From Asterias rubens (lineage: Eukaryota): a DNA stretch of 64,000 nt. The translations under genes were made by a program, and so were the position numbers. The notes below the pieces were generated by a model, which worked only from the letters and a program-made list of their open reading frames with translations, was not told the DNA's origin and did not search any database. The stretch is taken from the NCBI RefSeq assembly GCF_902459465.1, contig NC_047069.1:16864001-16928000 (forward strand). The letters are read 5' to 3'. This document shows, piece after piece, positions 61,070 through 64,000 of the stretch (positions within the stretch are counted from its first letter, which is position 1; every line of letters begins with the position of its first letter).

Positions 61070-61663
61070 AATGCGGCGTGGCCATCAATAAATATTGAGT
61101 GTACTGTGTCTGTAAAGCTGACTTCAAGTCTCTCTCCCAGCATGGGAAATTAACTGTCCCTCTTGGATGAAAATAACACACTAAAGTAAAGTCAGACCTC
61201 AGGTTGTACAACGATTAAACCTGCTAGGATACAGAAACTTATGAGTTAACTACAAAAAGGTTTTGGAGCTTATGATATACAATCCGCGAGATGGGGGGGG
61301 GGGCAGAGTGTACCCCCCCCAATTGACCGATCCACTAAGCTCCGCCCCATTGCGTACTGACCAATCACAACGCAATGAAGGTCCGACAGTTAAGGTCCGA
61401 CATGCGTGCGCGTATCTTGGCGCGCACGTCAGAGTTGTGCAGAGAGGCATTGGAGAGCCCCACGTGTTTTAGCTCGCACATGTGTCGTGGGTGGAGCCTA
61501 CTGGATCGGTGTATACTAAGCATTTTCCTCATTGTATTGGCTATTGCAATATACCAACTAAATGCAAGGCGTTTCATCATATTTCCTGTTTTTGCCATTT
61601 GCCGATTTTCTTTTCGTTTCGCTCTAAAAGTAGTTGGTTTTATTTTCCAGTAGTTTGTGTAGC

Positions 61664-61689
61664 CATGGAGGTAGAATTCTACCTCCATG
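61664..61689. mobile_element. 26-bp perfect palindrome with 7-bp target duplication (micro-MITE)
   Basis: GTGTAGC-CATGGAGGTAGAATTCTACCTCCATG-GTGTAGC. Confidence 0.65.
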
Positions 61690-62321
61690 GTGTAGCTTTG
61701 TAGTTTTGTACATTAAATTAATATAATGAAAAGTAACTTGAATAAAATCCTCCTCCAGGATAAAATAAATAAAAATATAAATAGATGATATGGCGGGGGA
61801 ATCAATGGGGGGTGTTGCCTGCACTAAAACTTGTGCTACGTGCCACTACTTTCTTTGTTTAATCTAGAATAGTTTGAGAGAAATACAGCTATTTTTAAAG
61901 TGTACAGGCAGCCTGCAGAGGGGTTGAACGTCAATCACTGAACAGCCTTTTTTGCTGCCAAAATGCAAGAGCACTTCCTCCCTACACAATCCACGTAAAA
62001 TAAAGTCTTTATCTTTTTTGTATACTTTACTCCTTTCAATTTTGATCACAATAACATAATTGCCAAGCAATCCACCCACAAGTAACCCTACAGTTTTGCA
62101 AGTGTGGTGAATCAACTATGACATATCTGACGCTTTTTTACGTAATGAAAACCCACAACAGAAAAAGTCATGTCGTGCCCATAAAAACAACACGTGAACT
62201 GTGTGCAGAAGTGAGCAACGCATGACGCCGTGTCTAACGCTATCGGAAAGTTCATTGTTTCCATTGTTACACACCGGTAAAAACTAACTTCACACGAAGT
62301 TTAAAGAAATAACAACCTCAC

Positions 62322-62480
62322 CTTATCAAACCATGATTATGGTCTCTTGTCTCGACACTTCGTTTAAAGCAGGTGGTATATTTAAATGACAAATCGGCTT
62401 AAATCCATCCATTTATGCCGCAAAACTGGAATCCCCGCGAAATCCTTTTCCATTTTCGCCGCCTTGTCTGGCGGAGTTGT
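62322..62480 (-). promoter_or_regulatory. Candidate ATRX non-coding first exon / TSS region
   Basis: CpG-richer segment ending in the donor AAG/GTGAGG at 62321; TSS position is a guess. Confidence 0.35.
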
Positions 62481-63821
62481 TTTGCGCTTAAGGTTGGCGC
62501 ATACTATTGAATATGCATTATTTTGACTCCTCCCATTTTATGTGATTAAAAAACCTCTGCGCGCTGATGGGCCGGGGAGGTACGATTAATTTCCCATTCA
62601 TGAAACAGCTCAATTTTTATGATCTGTAACAAACGATTGCTCCGATTGAGGTCAACAATGAAAGCATATTAATTTTGGCCGCCGGTTTTGATGATGGATT
62701 CGGCCCATTATAAAACTTTTGGCAAAAAAAAAAAAACTACCACCAACATAGTTTGTTTTATATTTGGTTCATCCGCTAGAGGTCAGGGAGTGGACCCGAC
62801 ACACACCCCAAAATTCGGGGAAATTAGTGCATGATTTACACGGCGCGTGGTGATCTGTAGATTTAGAAATACAATTTGACTGTCATGGCATGATGTGACA
62901 CACCACTTTCTTTTGGGGAAGTTTTTTTTAATGGACCCTTACAAAAAGTCCTTTAGGAGTCAAGCCTATATGAAATCGTCTATAGGATTTTTTTACTAAC
63001 ATATATTATTTTTTCAGTGCTGTTAAAGATAATATTTTAGCGGTACTCATGTTATTTTTTTATATTTTGTTTTATTGTTATCACCTATTTTTAAAATGGA
63101 GTGTACCAAAACGCGCTTGCAAATGAATGCGCAATACCCTTTTCCGCACGTCATCACATCTTATCAAGCACTCATGCTCTGTACTACTAGACGCTTCTAG
63201 AAAATCTACCACGGTTAGTCGTTTTGTTTTACTATTAATTACTTTTTAAATTGTGTTGTCATACCATTTTTCATTGCTCATTTTATGTCATCGGTGTTTG
63301 TGCTTCTGTTGAGATGTCAAAATCAACATAGAACGTTTTCTAATTGGGATAAAAAAGGAATAAAGAGTGGGACTGGGACGAGACTTGAAAGGTCGACCTT
63401 TGACCCTCTGACATGTTTACATGAATTTCCCTGTAAATCCCAACCCTCCACTAAAATTGGTCTCGCTACATGTACATACATCCCTAGGGTGAACTTAAGT
63501 CAATGGACAGATTTGTTGATGTCAAACAACTTGGGTGTAGCCTAGCCTATTATTTTGAAGGTGTTTTTTGTCAATTAATTTGATCCGTTTTCTACTTTTT
63601 ACTCATCAATCATGGTTTTTCATCCCAAACAGGTCATTTTCAGACAAAGTAGTAATACTGAGGAAACGATTTCCACATCTCAGCCTCTGCTCTGCTTTGT
63701 ATTCGCTCTTTGTGAGGGATGTTCTTAGTCGCATGTGGCATCAGTTAACATATCAGCCATCATGAGTGATACATTAATTCGACTGTGCCTGAAAAGTGTA
63801 AGAACCATTCATGTTACATTG

Positions 63822-64000
63822 TTAAAGGCAGTGGACATTATTGGTAATTACTCAAAATAATTATTAGCAAAAATGTTATTTGGAAACAAGTGATGGGGAG
63901 AGATTGATGTAATAAAACATTGTGAGAAACGGCTCCCTTTGAAGTGACGTAGTTTTCGAGAAAGATGTAATTTTCTTAAAGTTTGATTTTGAGACCTCAG
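63822..64000. mobile_element. TTAA MITE family A, cut by the window end
   Basis: Begins TTAAAGGCAGTGGACATTATTGGTAATTACTC. Confidence 0.85.

Overview
AT-rich, intron-rich animal genomic DNA; the gene set and repeat families suggest an invertebrate deuterostome, probably a sea star (inference). Three spliced genes were reconstructed by hand from GT-AG boundaries with consistent intron phases. CCDC134 (minus strand, 4 coding exons in the window, runs off the left edge) has a minor-spliceosome (U12-type) first coding intron. EMC7 (plus strand, 4 exons, 223 aa) is divergent from it. ATRX (minus strand, at least 26 coding exons, about 2,220-2,230 aa; ADD domain, 3,045-nt exon, SNF2 ATPase, Q-rich tail) is convergent with EMC7. 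Introns and spacers are dense in TTAA-flanked (Kolobok/T2-like) MITEs, GGCC-ended MITEs, a long foldback element, tRNA-derived SINEs, decayed CR1/L2-type LINE pieces and tandem repeats. The most unusual signals are in the 3' ATRX introns: a same-strand BEN-domain-like ORF with a candidate companion exon, and a 93-bp minisatellite (about 20 units) that starts at an exon donor, repeats a donor-like motif in every unit and is open in frame with ATRX. Domain and family names rest on my recollection of homologous sequences, not on searches.
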